Assembly (NCBI GenBank): GCA_051294905.1
Contig: CM119372.1
Coordinates: 25,918,001-25,982,000, forward strand
Length of the DNA: 64,000 bases
Source: Botryllus schlosseri
Taxonomy: Eukaryota
Direction of reading: 5' to 3'
Shown: piece after piece, positions 21,653-34,357 of the stretch
Layout: every line of letters begins with the position of its first letter
Numbering within the stretch: the first letter of the stretch is position 1
The notes under the pieces: generated by a model
The model's database searches: none
The model's input: the letters and a program-made list of their open reading frames with translations, nothing else
What the model was told of the DNA's origin: nothing
Made by a program: the position numbers and the translations under genes

Positions 21653-23395
21653 CAGTGGTTCTTAACCTTGCCTTAGGGGGCGCTGGCGATTTTGAAGGGG
21701 GCGCAAACGCTCAGGGGGCGATATGGAGGGCACTGGGCCTAGGGGGGCGATAAGGGGGCGCTGAAGAAAAATGGCTTCGCCGTAGATGATGTGGTAGTAG
21801 GGCATATCCTTAATGACTATTCAGAACAAATTAACACCACAAAACATGTCAAATCCCGAAATATTTGGTCCCGCTACGCGAGGATGTTCACTACATATGT
21901 TTTCATGAATGTAGTGGGTTATTATGTCTCATTAAAATGAATTGCGCGTACTTTTAGATCGCCAATTTCCCATTATTTAAAACACTGCCGTTACACTTGC
22001 TAAGGTTATTTTTAACAAAATGTTTCGCATTAAGTAGTAATATATCCCGCAGCGCACAGCGTGTGAAAATCGAAGAAGGAGGCACTGTATATCACTTTTG
22101 ATGGTGAGAGACCGTTGTACATAAAATAAGTTTTGAAACTTTGTGCACGAAATGAATAACCAAATATACTTGTATTTGAGAGCTACAAAATTAAATCGTC
22201 AGAATATCTCTTCATCGTATCGTAAAGCATGATACTATCTCGTGTTGTGGTTCACAACCTCACATGAACGTTATATAATATGATTGCTATGTTTGGAATA
22301 CATTCGTGTTAAAATTAATAACTGGGTACAGTACTAAATTAAAGTGAGCAGATATAAAGCGCGAAATATTCCCAATACCGAAGTCCCAAACAGACCGACT
22401 AAACTTTATCCTCTTACCAAGACCGAATCTGCTGCAATCCAAACCCCTAATCGGTAAGCTAGAAGGGTGCCCTGAACTATTTCGGTGAATGAACATAAAT
22501 TAAACATCATGTCTTGACGACTCGCTCACGGAAGAATACGCATAATTATAGAAAATAGAAATTGGCATTTCGGCGTCGGCCATTACCACGCCACAATGCA
22601 CGAAGACATATGAAGTTCCGGTGAATATGGGACTCCGAGAAGTGTGTCAAAACGATCGCCAGCGAGAAAAATTTAGCCGAAGAGGATTGCCCTTATGTTG
22701 AGTGTAAACTTCGATGCATATAAGTCTAATTGTCCACAGATGCTCAAATCGGTCGTGCCGAATTATCATGTCGTCGCAGTCTGCACCCCACAGGACAAAT
22801 AACATCCATCAGAGAAAATTATTTGCCAGTGACAAAACACCAATTTTGGATCGTGTGCTTACTTTAGTTTAATACGTTTATGCGTTTCAATATCTTTTGA
22901 CTATATAGCACACAAGAGGTAACAAAATAACATGTAACTATTTAATTGTACCAACGGGCACGCCCGAATATATTCAATCATTAATGACGTGGCCTTCATT
23001 TTCCAAAACAACAGCTCACTCAGCGCTACTGGTAAATCTGATTACGTGGGCTGAGAGGAAAAAAGTTTATAGGGACATATATAAGCAATTACAACCTATT
23101 TCATTTATGCATTTTAAAAAATTGTGGCTCCTAGGGCGACCAGACTACATAAACTTTGCTGACCGTCGAAATCACGCGACGGGGTTTGTGGGGGGCGAAG
23201 CCCTCATGAGTTTGATTGTTCACGCTATGGGTGCCCAGAACAATCGTTTTAGGAGGGTTGTCGAAGTGCTGTTACGGCCCACCCTCTCTCCCATGGTCTA
23301 CAGTCCTTACAATATGAGGTGGGGGGGGGGGGGGCGCTGGAACATGATACTTTTAGAAAGGAGGCGCTGGAGGAAAAAAAGGTTAAGAACCACTG
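21653..23395. mobile_element. Non-autonomous hAT element, family B copy 2
   Basis: Perfect TIRs CAGTGGTTCTTAACCTT; TSD TTATAGAC (21645-21652 / 23396-23403); colinear with 2081-4789 minus the family C insertion. Confidence 0.93.
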
Positions 23396-24883
23396 TTATA
23401 GACCATGTAAAATGCGACTCCGAGAAGTGTGTCATAGAACGATCAGGAGCGAGAAGACCTTGGCTGAAAAGGACTGCCCTTGTGCTGACCGAAAACGTCG
23501 AGATACATATACGTTTAATTGTCCAATGTCCATCGGCGTCTATATGGCTGGCGCCGAATGTACCTGTCCAGGCGATCTGAGACCCACAAGACAATTGCCA
23601 CCCCGTAGCGAACATTATTTGCTAGTAAAGAAATACCAACTTGAAATCTTGTACGTCTTTTAGTTTAGTACGTTTGGGCGATTTCAAAATTTGATACCAT
23701 AGCAGAAATAGCATCATGTAACCTGTAGCGAAGTAATATACGAACTGGTACGCACGAATATGTTTAATGATTATTGACGGGTCCTACGTACTTTTCCAAC
23801 ACACCTCACTCAGCTATACCATTAAATCCGGTTACGTGAGCAGAGAGGATAAAAATTGATAGCGATATGTATGTAATTCTCGATCATATTGATCGTTTCA
23901 ATCATGAATTACAGAAATATTTCGTGCTTCGCACGTTTAGGCGATACAACCTCAGTCCCTAAACGGACATGAAATGTAGATGATAAGTAGCGGCAAAAAG
24001 CGTAAAGCCAGAGGGGGCTGGAAAGGCGAAGTGGATGGGTATCTGGATTACGCATTGAATCGTACGAACGTGTTTCCACTTTCTCTGAGGTTTCGTGTTC
24101 TATACTCCATTTTGCATGTTTAAAACCGTGGTTGTCAATCTGGGGCGCTCGCCTACTCGAGGCGTGAAAGCCTCTGAGGGGAGGCCTGAAGCCGCCTTAA
24201 AGAAATTATGCTTCTTGAAGTCGGAATGATTTTAATTTGTGCCGAAACTTTCACGTTTCAACAATGGCAATAATCCAAATTTTATTTGCATTCTAAATGT
24301 CATAATTTCGTCGTACCATCTATATACTGATGCTCGATTCGGAATGATATAGAACCTTGCACTAATCATAAGATGTACCTGAATGAGTGTACCTGGTGAA
24401 TTCGTGTAGCTGTGTCGTTGGTTTGTGATGCCGTTATGGTCAGGTACGATTGAGTTCAGCTCAAGAGTGGTAATAGAAAGAGATTAGGCATCAAAATGTC
24501 TGATATATCTTTGTGCTACTATTGCATGATTATACTTAACAATACATTCGATTAGATTTTTTCCTCGCTAGGCGCGATTTACATCCAGCTTCTAATTATT
24601 GCTCTGTGAATCGTCCGAATTGCATATTTGAGAAGTATCTTGACAGCCATAACACCATCCATGCCACCAAGCAATGCGTTGGGATTGAAAACATTCTGGT
24701 TGGCGTGTTGAGAAATGTTTGAGAATTACTGCTTTATAAGTTCTATGTAAGTGTGAACAATACAGCGCCCTTTTGCAATTATAATTTACTCTACCTTCTT
24801 TACTCGATTCACAACAAATCTGTACTTATTTCATTACCCTCAACATACAGTAACTTGAATACATAATAGGCCGTTTTAATATT

Positions 24884-24889
24884 TTTATT
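24884..24889 (-). promoter_or_regulatory. Candidate polyadenylation signal of the tetraspanin gene
   Basis: AATAAA on the minus strand about 217 nt downstream of the stop codon. Confidence 0.4.
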
Positions 24890-25105
24890 GTGCATCGTAC
24901 GTTGACGGGTCTTGCAAATACAATATCAATTCGTCAAATTGTCGGAGGAGTAGCCTCGTGACAGAGGGTAGCGTTCAATGAAAAAAACATTGTGCATATC
25001 ACGCAAAGGATATTGTATAGTGAAATGTTCAAACACGTAAGACGTGAACTGGGCATGGAAAGCAAACGAAGAATATTGTATCGGCGAATCCACGGAATAG
25101 TTTAC

Positions 25106-25171
25106 TCAGGCATATTCCTTCGTTTCACTTATGGTGCGGATCATGCAGCAGGCGAATATCATGGCCAGTAG
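25106..25171 (-). CDS. Tetraspanin coding exon 5 (end of TM4, C-tail, stop)
   Basis: Acceptor ttttcattttcag, then LLAMIFACCMIRTISETKEYA*; phase 0 with exon 4. Confidence 0.88.
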   Translation of the reverse strand, partial: LLAMIFACCMIRTISETKEYA

Positions 25172-25241
25172 CTGAAAATGAAAATTACGGGTTTCATTGG
25201 CAATTCATAACCGCCTCACGCACGTGGAGCAAGTGGCCGAC

Positions 25242-25487
25242 GAGAGAAAGAGAACGGGTGGTATTCGTTTTCGCCTGCACCATCGAGATGCTTTTGCCGA
25301 CGGAGATGCGACACGACCGTAAGGTCACCTAGTCTGCACCCCCGTTTTTTCTCCTCCATGCTATCCGTGAATGCTGAGCGCCTGGCAGGATAGCTGCGGA
25401 TACCAGTTTTCGAGTCTTTGGTCTGACCCGGCCGAGGATCGAACCCACGATCAAGAAGCCGGACGCATCACCATTACACTATCTCGC
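25242..25487 (-). mobile_element. tRNA-derived SINE with a Meta-domain-like core, copy 1 (in tetraspanin intron 4)
   Basis: The minus strand has an A box TAGTGTAATGG and a B box GGTTCGATCC, then GGGTCAGACCAAAGACTCGAAAACTGGTATCCGCAGCTATCCTGCCAGGCGCTCAGCATT, which resembles the recalled MetaSINE core. Second copy at 46142-46386. Confidence 0.8.
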
Positions 25488-25734
25488 ACTAATATCAAAT
25501 GCATATTTAGTGTTTCTATCTGTATTCTATGAGAACAAAGATTAAACGACAATGTTCGACACATAATAGTACTTCACACATATCACCTGCTGGTGTTAGA
25601 CTAGAGGATGAGTGGTATAAACCTGGTTTGGTGTCATCTAACATTGTGCATACGTGTCGCGTACACATGACATGCTACGACATTCTCTAATGCAGTGGTT
25701 CCCAACCGGTGGGGAATTTCACACTGGTGGCGAA

Positions 25735-26827
25735 TAGGGTTGGGACTTCGGGATCAAATTTGAAATCCCGGGATCGGGATTCCCCGGGATTTGCGCTTCT
25801 CAATCCCGGGATTTCCCGGGATTAGCAAAGTAGTAAAATACACATACAAGCTACGCACACAACATTTATTCCTTGTAGTATTGACGAAAAACATGCTCCC
25901 GTGAATACGAATGAAACCCAGCCACCGAAGGCCACCCGGAAAATGAGCGCTTAAATTCATGTACCGTCTGTTTCGTGTAGAAAATGATTCGTCAAACGTG
26001 GTCGAAAAACGTCCAATGCTGCGTTTCATTGCCATAAGCTCTTCTTCCACACACTTACGGATTTATTTGCTGTGCTCGATCACCAAGTTACGAACCCGTT
26101 TGCGACATCTTGACAAGTCATAGCCATAAGCCTTGAAGGCCCGACGAATTCACCCACTTTGGGTAATTGAATAAATGTTAACTAGCCCACAGCAGTTAAC
26201 TGGTTAAGAAGTTCATCGAGGCGAGGCTTATGCGATCTATTTTATAGGAATCGATCTTCCTGATCTTTATTTTTAGCTGATCTTTCTTTGACGTGTCCGA
26301 TTGAATCATGCATGATTTAATTACGATCATTTGTACGGACCTTAAATGCGTTATTATAGTCCCTTTGTGCTAGAAACTGAAGCTTTCAAAACGTCTTGAC
26401 ACAAGTTGCATTTGGCTTTTTATGTAGATTTATAAAACAAACAGTTTCGCTAAACATGTTATTTTCTCTTTGCATTGACGTATCCGAAATTCGCCATTAT
26501 TCGACCTGTATTTCACCTCCACAGCACCTTCCTTGTGACTTTCCGATACTCAGTTACACTGCTACGATTCGTAGACTACGACGGAGGTGATTGTGTAGTA
26601 CATTGTTATGCCATAGCTGGCTTCAATATCAAATAATTGTGAATGGTTTTAGACTATCAGCAGAGTTTGTGACATTGCTTTATTACCAAAATAAAAGATA
26701 TGGCGCTACGCAAGCCTTGGAAAATGCTCTTTACAAATCCCGGGATTTCATTGGGTGTAATCCCGGGATCGGGATTGCTTCAAAACCCGGGATCCCGGGA
26801 TCGGGATTTCCCGGGGTCCCAACGCTA
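25735..26827 (-). mobile_element. Internally deleted hAT element retaining transposase remnants
   Basis: TIRs TAGGGTTGGGAC...GTCCCAACGCTA; TSD GTGGCGAA (25727-25734 / 26828-26835); CCCGGGAT subterminal repeats. Minus-strand remnants: KAKCNLCQDVLKAS..STKGL (BED finger-like) and RFSTTFDESFSTRNRRYMNLSAHF..WLGFIRIHGSM (first catalytic D region). It sits inside another element whose left TIR (CAGTGGTTCCCAACC) starts at 25693. Confidence 0.85.
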
Positions 26828-27749
26828 GTGGCGAATAGACTCATTTGTTAAACATTATATGCATGATAGTCTACATATTTACGGAGACAAATGCGCGGTT
26901 ATCGTTACCAGTTAACTGCTCTGGAATGTATTTATCGAAAATTATATTGCGTGTTGTTCACAAACACTCATTTTTAACTATGGATAACCAAAGATGGCGT
27001 CACAAAAATCGAATTTTTCTGCCAACCCCATGAAATTGTTGAGCTGTCTTCAAAGACGATGAAAAATAAATTTGACTCAATTCCGACCAGTAGAAGCGGA
27101 GTTATATGAGTTTTTCGATGATAATCCTCGGATTATCCTGGATCGGTGGATAATAATTGCTCAACTGTCGCTTTTCATCGTGTCGCATGCTCAAATGTCG
27201 GGCATCTGACATAGGCCCAGTAGTATACTTTAATGGCTTCACCGAATTCGCTGTAGCAGGGGTCGGAAGCAGTCTTGCTCTGAGCACCGGTTTAAAAAAT
27301 CGTAGATCGGTCATCGCACATAAATGATTAACGTCGAAATTTATCGCTGCTCATATACTACAAGTCACTAGAGGGGATCCAGCAAGGCAGTAGCACATAA
27401 GTTCCACTAATCAGATCAACTTGGTTTTTATAAATTTTATCAGCAAGTTTGATCATTATAATTCAGAACCGTCACTAATCTTCCAAAAATATATGAATTT
27501 TTAGCGGACCAGATACAACTTACCAGTGTACCACAGGTGTCCAACAACTGATCTATGAAAGCGTGTCTAAACTAAAGTGAATCACTATACACTATACTCT
27601 CCTGTACCATACTGTAGCGGGTGTATTGATATTTGGCGAAAGAGTAACTATATAGTTGCTCCGACGCACAATCACGCCAATACTGAACAGTGAGCACGCA
27701 CAGTACATATCTGAATACATCATGCTATTGACGGTGGACGTCATATATT

Positions 27750-28341
27750 CAGGGTTGTAATGACTCGAGTCATGACTCAACTCGAGTCAGACTCGAGTCG
27801 CGATTTTTTGGTGACTCGACTTGACTCGAGTCTTTTTCTTAAAAATGAAAAATGACTCGACTCGATTCAATTTGTGTATTGACTCGACTTGTACTCGAGT
27901 CATTGCGCATGACTCGGACCAAGTCATATGACTCGAGACTGGCTCTACCAACACAGGCATATCATTGTAATTTCGAAAAATTGTAAAGTTATGACACTAT
28001 TATTATTTCGTCTATCAGTACTGGTTCTTGAACATGCTAACAGAAACTGTTAAAAGTCAGGAAAATTTGCATGTTATGGATGCGAAGCATTCGATATCAC
28101 CGAGCAGTGCTGTAAAAAGTGGATTTCACATTACATTAACTTGGAAGTTAACAGTCAACACAATGAATTGGACTCGGACTCGAGTCAAAACCCTATGACT
28201 CGGACTCGACACACTACTGCGTGACTTGGACTCGGATTTGATTCGGTAGTGAATTGAAAATGACTCGACTTGACTCGAGTCAACACTGTAGAAGTGAGAT
28301 TGACTTGTGACTCGGAACCTTGTGACTTGGTTACAACCCTG
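27750..28341. mobile_element. hAT MITE with GACTCGAGT subterminal repeats (related to family A)
   Basis: CAGGGTTGTAA...TTACAACCCTG; TSD CATATATT (27742-27749 / 28342-28349). Confidence 0.9.
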
Positions 28342-28473
28342 CATATATTCGTCACCAGCATGACAGTTCAGGACTTGAGAAAAGTAATAGGGAGGAATAT
28401 TAAAAATCATATCCAGTTTGAGCCATTATATATTTTATAATAACATTCAGTACGTTGACATTTCGATACCAAC

Positions 28474-28644
28474 CTCTATCAGCAGAATTCCGAGAGCAAT
28501 CCCCGCCACGACCCAGAAAAGTGCACCAAACTGTGACTTGCAGCCGTTAGGATACGGTGAGCGAGTGGTATTCTTGCCTGGATAGCAACTCGAAGGTATC
28601 TTGGTTTGCCAATCTTTTGGACCATTGTAGCCGCAGCAGCCGAC
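28474..28644 (-). CDS. Tetraspanin coding exon 4 (EC2 CCG/PxSC/GC and TM4)
   Basis: tttttcaag | VGCCGYNGPKDWQTKIPSSCYPGKNTTRSPYPNGCKSQFGALFWVVAGIALGILLIE | gttggt; 171 nt. Not present in the ORF track. Confidence 0.92.
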
Positions 28645-28756
28645 CTTGAAAAATTATATACCTATCACATGTTCGCCCAACGATTGGAGGAACCAATATA
28701 TTGGACTATTATATAATATAGTAGAAAGGTAAGCAATAACGAGAATGTGTTCTCAC

Positions 28757-28918
28757 CGCATCTTGTAGCACATCCCATGTCGCCATATCAGTAGCATTCC
28801 CACTGCGGGCATTGGTCAAACTATCTTCTATTAACTTTTCCGCTTTGGGTTTGTAGACGATGAGCAATATCGCAAAAACAATTTGTAGAATGAACAAAAT
28901 CAACACCAACGTGAAGAA
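28757..28918 (-). CDS. Tetraspanin coding exon 3 (TM3 and EC2 helices)
   Basis: ccttttcag | FFTLVLILFILQIVFAILLIVYKPKAEKLIEDSLTNARSGNATDMATWDVLQDA | gtgaga; 162 nt. Confidence 0.92.
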
Positions 28919-29410
28919 CTGAAAAGGTGAAAGGTCTTTAGTTAGAGTATGTTATAATGAAGATGAACGGGCGCATTGAGCATTGGTGACGCAAATGTAT
29001 AAAGTAAATAGCATGCTACAATACAGATGATATTCATACAGCCGCACCTCTATCCTTACGTAGATCTGTGGGCATGGACATTGTGTCATGACTCACTGGG
29101 TCATACGAGGGCTGTCTAGTAGATTGTTAAGTAGCTATCACCATTCATATAGAATTATTTTAAACTCGCTAATGCAGAGTCAATTTTAGTTGTGACTCGA
29201 CATTCATTCATTGCAACATACCACAATCCGGTGGATGATAATGCTCAGGTTTCGTGCATTCAGTGAGCTGTTGAAATCGTAGTGTAAATTTACTCAGATT
29301 CAACTTACAACTGTTTTCCAACCCGAACACTGTACGCAAGTCTCCCAAAGGCACATTGCAGCGAATGGATTCACTTAGTCAATTAAAGTTTAAAATTGGA
29401 TACTATAGGC

Positions 29411-32060
29411 CAGGGACCGGTAACCTTTCGTGTGCTGTGCAGCGTTCCAAAAGATGTCAATTTCAAAAATTTTAACAACTAGCGTGCTAAACATTTATTA
29501 TATCGTTTCAAGCCAGGTAATCCACCAACCGCTTATCTGGAGCTGGCAACGACATCGGTTACGACGTGGTTCTCAAAGACAATGTATGGGTCGCGAAAGA
29601 TATAAATTCTGGTCGCTATCGCACAACAGCTATCTTTTATTGTACACAATATTTGCTTGATTTATTGCAAAAACATTTATTCACGCTAATGGCTATCTAC
29701 TGCGATTGCTCTTGCAGTTTCTTTGTTCGGTACCAATAAGCGACACGCACATCAACATTGTTACGACAGTATGGCTTGATCATGAAAAATGTACCCAACC
29801 CTGTATAACAAGTCGGTCTGACGAACAGGTTTGTCTTCAAAGCTCTAAATGTCGCGGTAAAGACTATCGCTGTTCAAACTATATTGGAATCGATGGAATA
29901 GAATGGCCTTTCGTGAGACAAACGCGCCTTTCACATTACGTCGCTGGGCTCATTATTTTATCTGGGGATCTCATTTGCACCGTGCGACTCAAGCTGCGGC
30001 CACAGATCTATTCGGCCCGGTCATTTCGACGCCTGGACACTGGACTGTGGATATGTAAATATCGAACGTTTTGGCCAACATGCGGCGGTTATTTAATTTC
30101 AAGGTTTTATCGCCGACAATCATCGATCAATCAGCGCCGTTAACGGAGTCGCATGTCTCCCGAAACGTTACATTTGTCGATGTCTCCTAGCTTAGAAACA
30201 CCCAGCGCCGAAATGCCGGTTCCTGATAGTCGCGCTACCACCGGTTGCCCAGAGCGCACCTATAGACTAAAGCAGGGGTTCTCAACTTTCCTTGCGTAAC
30301 GGGCCGCATTTTAACAACAAAAAGCGCTGCGGGCCGCAGAACATTATTACCGTATATTTGTGGACTATACTATTATATTTAGGCTAATATAGCCTATTTA
30401 CCAGTTGTCTATGGGCATATAGTTTGTATGCATTCTACAGCATAATGGACAGCGATCGTAAGCTTTCAGTTGCAGTTTCCAGAGAGATTGTGTCATCTTC
30501 CGACGGAACAAGTAAATCCCTTCATGAAGCGTGCATTGCATTCGTTCCCAAGTCGGTGTGTGCACCTTCAAACCCTTGCACCAAAGAACTGAACCCTCTG
30601 TTTCAATGCGTGAGCGAGCAAGTATAAAACTACGGTTACTTTTTCTTTACAGAGGCCATTGTCACTTTGGGCTCTCAGTGATATGAGAAGAAGTCTCATG
30701 TCCGGGGCAAACCCATCAACCATTCTCCTTTCCTTCCATGACTGATGCCCCGCACCAATAGTTACAGAAGTCAGCTGTGTTAAGTTGTTGATGTTGTTTG
30801 CTAGTCCCCTCTCCCCACGTTTGCCCAGCCAGCATTACGTCTACAAATATATCCACTCTGATATACTACCCCAATACAATTAGCGTTGCAATGTCCGTAG
30901 ATTTTGTCCAATGCTAGGTTAAAGTAGTCTAAGGGGCAACGTGTTTCAAAACATGCGACAAAAGATTAACTGACTTTGCTGTTACTCTTATTGTCACGGT
31001 TGAATCAGACAACTGCAGTTTCGAAATTTGTTAGGTGAAGTTGTCCATGCTGCTAAATTCCGGAAACAGCAGAGATTCGCACAGTATAGTAACGTTTTGT
31101 TGGCGAAACGCTTTTTCTAACAGATTTCATGGGTTTAGGGATAGACCAAGCAATTTTTAACGTCGTCGGCAATCTCAACAATGCCTCAAAATATGGATTG
31201 CTTAGCCTGAGACCTAGCTAGCAACGCTTTTTTCTAAGATCAGGTGATATAACTCGAGATGGAACTGTCCGAAGACCTATTCAGATAAATAAGAATCTAA
31301 ACTCAACCATATATCAAGAAACCAGAAAACATTGGAGAATGAGAATAAATCAAACGAAACAGAGACAGAGCGATGAGAGAGCTTTAGTAGGTAAATTGAT
31401 ACCGTATGCAACAATACTGTGCCGGTAGTAATTGTGATCATATTGAAAGATCTCGCGGGCCACAGAAAAAGCGTCTGCGGGCCGCATGCGGCCCGCGGGC
31501 CGCGGGTTGAGAACCCCTGGACTAAAGCATCGTATTGACCACATACGGTATTAGCATGCCGTTCACTCTTAAATGCGTTTGGAATCATTGCTGTGTATTA
31601 AGCATGTTTTGTATTTTCCGGTGTAACGTCACGATCCCAATGAACGGCGCCTTCCATGTCGACACCCATCGTTCAACAACATCTGGACTATTGATCGCAC
31701 ATGCAACGCACATAACAAAAAACTCCATGACATCAGACTCTGTCCGCATCTCAAAAGTCCTGACCTCGCCGCATTAGAACGAGACTGAAATCTAATTTTA
31801 CTATCCACATTAAAATTAAATCCGGTCCAACTAAATCGCGCCACACGCGGAGAAAATTTTCAGGATGAATAGAATCTGCCACTGAAGCCTCTACTTTATA
31901 TTGATTTACGAAATAATTTTTGGTCACCTTCGAGCTTTTTCCATTTTGAACATTTCTGTTTGACTTTTTACCACAAACATGATTATAACATGTCGTGTAT
32001 GTCAATTTATTTGGCGCGCCATGAAAAATCATCCCGCGTATCAGGGGTTGCCGACCCCTG
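29411..32060. mobile_element. Old hAT (Buster-type) element in tetraspanin intron 2
   Basis: Imperfect TIRs CAGGGACCGGTAACC / GGTTGCCGACCCCTG; TSD CTATAGGC/CTATAGGT. Confidence 0.6.
30273..31519 (-). mobile_element. hAT (SPIN/GTF2IRD2-like) deletion derivative with a decayed transposase
   Basis: TIRs CAGGGGTTCTCAAC; TSD GACTAAAG (30265-30272 / 31520-31527). Minus-strand remnants YFNLALD./STDIATL and LTSVT../GASVMEGKENG echo the FSLALDESTD and TDGA..M.G motifs. Confidence 0.85.
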
Positions 32061-33477
32061 CTATAGGTTATATATAGACTATTAGGGATTGTTTTTAACC
32101 GGCGTGAAAACACGAGTAGTTCGTACGAGTTTCCATCAAGTTCTCAATCCCAGGTAGGCCATGGAGGATAGTTAACCCTAACCGTTCAAGTGCACAATCA
32201 ATGTCTTTAATATGGGCGTTCGTGTGTACTTTTCACCATATCGGTATGCCAACTCTTGAGCAAAGGATGAGCAATTATACGCACTTTTCCTCAGACGGCC
32301 AGTCACTAGTTATGTGGTATCCCAAAGCCACTAATGGCTAATGCTTCACATTGAAACTTGAATGACAAAATATAATTTACTCACAATACGATTTTTCATA
32401 GCGATTCCTTTGTTAACTGAGCATTATTACGGCGTTAGCACAAGGGTACGTTGTGAAACTGTTGCATATGCGGGTATGATAAGAATCGCGTTGTGAAAAG
32501 ACGCGTCACGGGATTATTTACAACAGTAGGCACATGTAGTAGTTGCATCGGATTAAAAATGGCGCAAAGTGTGAACATTATTTTCAAACTATTTTCTGCT
32601 TTTTCAGAAAAATAAACGGCACCGATTCAGTATATGCATCGTTCGTAATTATTTCAAGTGACATGATTTAACGTAACAGTGGATGGTGAGGGTGTTCAAG
32701 AATATTCATATTTCGTAAAAAATTGCATTGCATGGGTGCATTTTACTGATATATACTCTCCTCCCATATTGTTAAGTTGTCCTACAACCAAAGGGTAGGG
32801 AAGACGAACGTGAATCATATGTATGTACTCACGAGATTTCGCGAGTCGATGGTTAAAGACTTCTTTGCTAAAGAATCGCGGTGTGCATTGAACACTGTAG
32901 AATCGGAACTTGTTTATGAACCACACAATTTCCGTAAGGGCCGCGGGGTGCACAACCCTAGTTTTGGACATTCTGTAGATGAAATCGTTCTTCATTTACC
33001 GCGCAAGCAACCCGGCACTGCTAATTATATTGTTTGAAAACGTGATGTGCAAAGTAAATGGATCGTGATGTTCCCGAAATATTTTTGTCTCCTTAGCATT
33101 ATATTCTCAGGGAAATATAGCTCCCCGAAGAACATCTATCGATCCAGAAGAAATATTAGTTGAAATAACGCTGTGTCGCCGTATATGCCTTCGGAGACAC
33201 TTTTATGTTGGATTGTTATTTATGGTCCCAATAGGAAATACTTGAACATGTGTATTGTGTATTGATATCGCATAGCAATGTCTTTCTTCTGAGGCGACAG
33301 GTATTGCAGTAACAGGAATCAACGCTAAGAATTCCGCATAAGTATCTGAATACTATGCCAAACATAATATCATATATAAATGATGAAGGGGTTTATTAAT
33401 CTAGTGCTACACAACTGCAAATTTACGTAAGCATTTACAATTGCCGGATTGGCTAAATAGAATCCCGTAACACTTAC

Positions 33478-33660
33478 TGATCCCAGGAGACATTTGTTTT
33501 CGTTGACTGCACCACAGCATCCGAGAAAACCAATCAGGAAAACAACAGCTCCCACCACAATGATTCCATAAATCAATCCCTGACTTGTTATAACACCACT
33601 GAATGCATTAGCGGAAACTGCGGCCCAAATACCGACACCAAGCAAAGCAGCGCCAGCAAG
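33478..33660 (-). CDS. Tetraspanin coding exon 2 (TM1 end, EC1, TM2, inner loop)
   Basis: tttcctttgcag | LAGAALLGVGIWAAVSANAFSGVITSQGLIYGIIVVGAVVFLIGFLGCCGAVNENKCLLGS | gtaagt; 183 nt; tetraspanin signature GFLGCCGA..E.KCLL. Confidence 0.95.
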
Positions 33661-34357
33661 CTGCAAAGGAAATTATTCAACATCAGGATCCATTATTCCG
33701 CATCAATGCGTGCAATCTGAGAAGAAGCAAACCACGTTGGAACGAAGTGTTCCGCAGATCATTCCTATGTACCCGAGATTCATTTTGTGCGTCTCGGTGG
33801 TTATAATTGGCTCATCACTCGCCGCTTAGAATGCTTTGGCGGCCACGCGCCTTCATTTCTTAAGCGATGTGGTGATAGTAGCCATTTATCCTCATGCACT
33901 CTTAGCGAAAAGAGTGTGTATTTACACCCGTGTACCACTGTTTGTATACGGGTGTGAATATATACATTATACATATACCCATTGCACATGAAACCAGAAC
34001 CTACCTCAGACTTATACCGCGGTATAAATTGAGTACATTTTATTCCAAATTATGCAATACGCACGCACATAGGCACGTATAGGATTCAAGAGCGCGATAT
34101 AATGCCACCCTTTCGGCCGTTTGGCTGTGAATACACACTCTACGACAGTAGTTCTCAACCTTTTCGTCTTCACGGACCCCTTTTAGATCCCCACGGACCC
34201 CCTCAAGTTTCAGTTCAAAATTAGCTCAATTATATCATCTAACCGCCATCTTTCCTGCACAAATATTAACTATAGGTTGGTCATAAACAGCAACAAAATT
34301 ACTTCTCGTGGAAATTACGTCATATTATGTATTGAAATTCGGTATCAGTATGCATAT

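Noticed and set aside
22984..23580. 198-aa ORF
   Set aside because: It spans a MITE TIR/TSD junction, has no protein motifs, and is disrupted in the paralogous copy near 4375-4790.
27102..27314. Possible Buster/ZBED5 transposase remnant (ANSVKPLK...RHLSMRH)
   Set aside because: The similarity is too short and interrupted to call by eye, and I found no right TIR for the element starting at 25693.
32696..32995. Minus-strand ORF with a GTGAGT donor inside tetraspanin intron 2 (possible alternative exon)
   Set aside because: Exons 2 and 3 already join in frame to give the canonical topology, and the peptide has no tetraspanin features.
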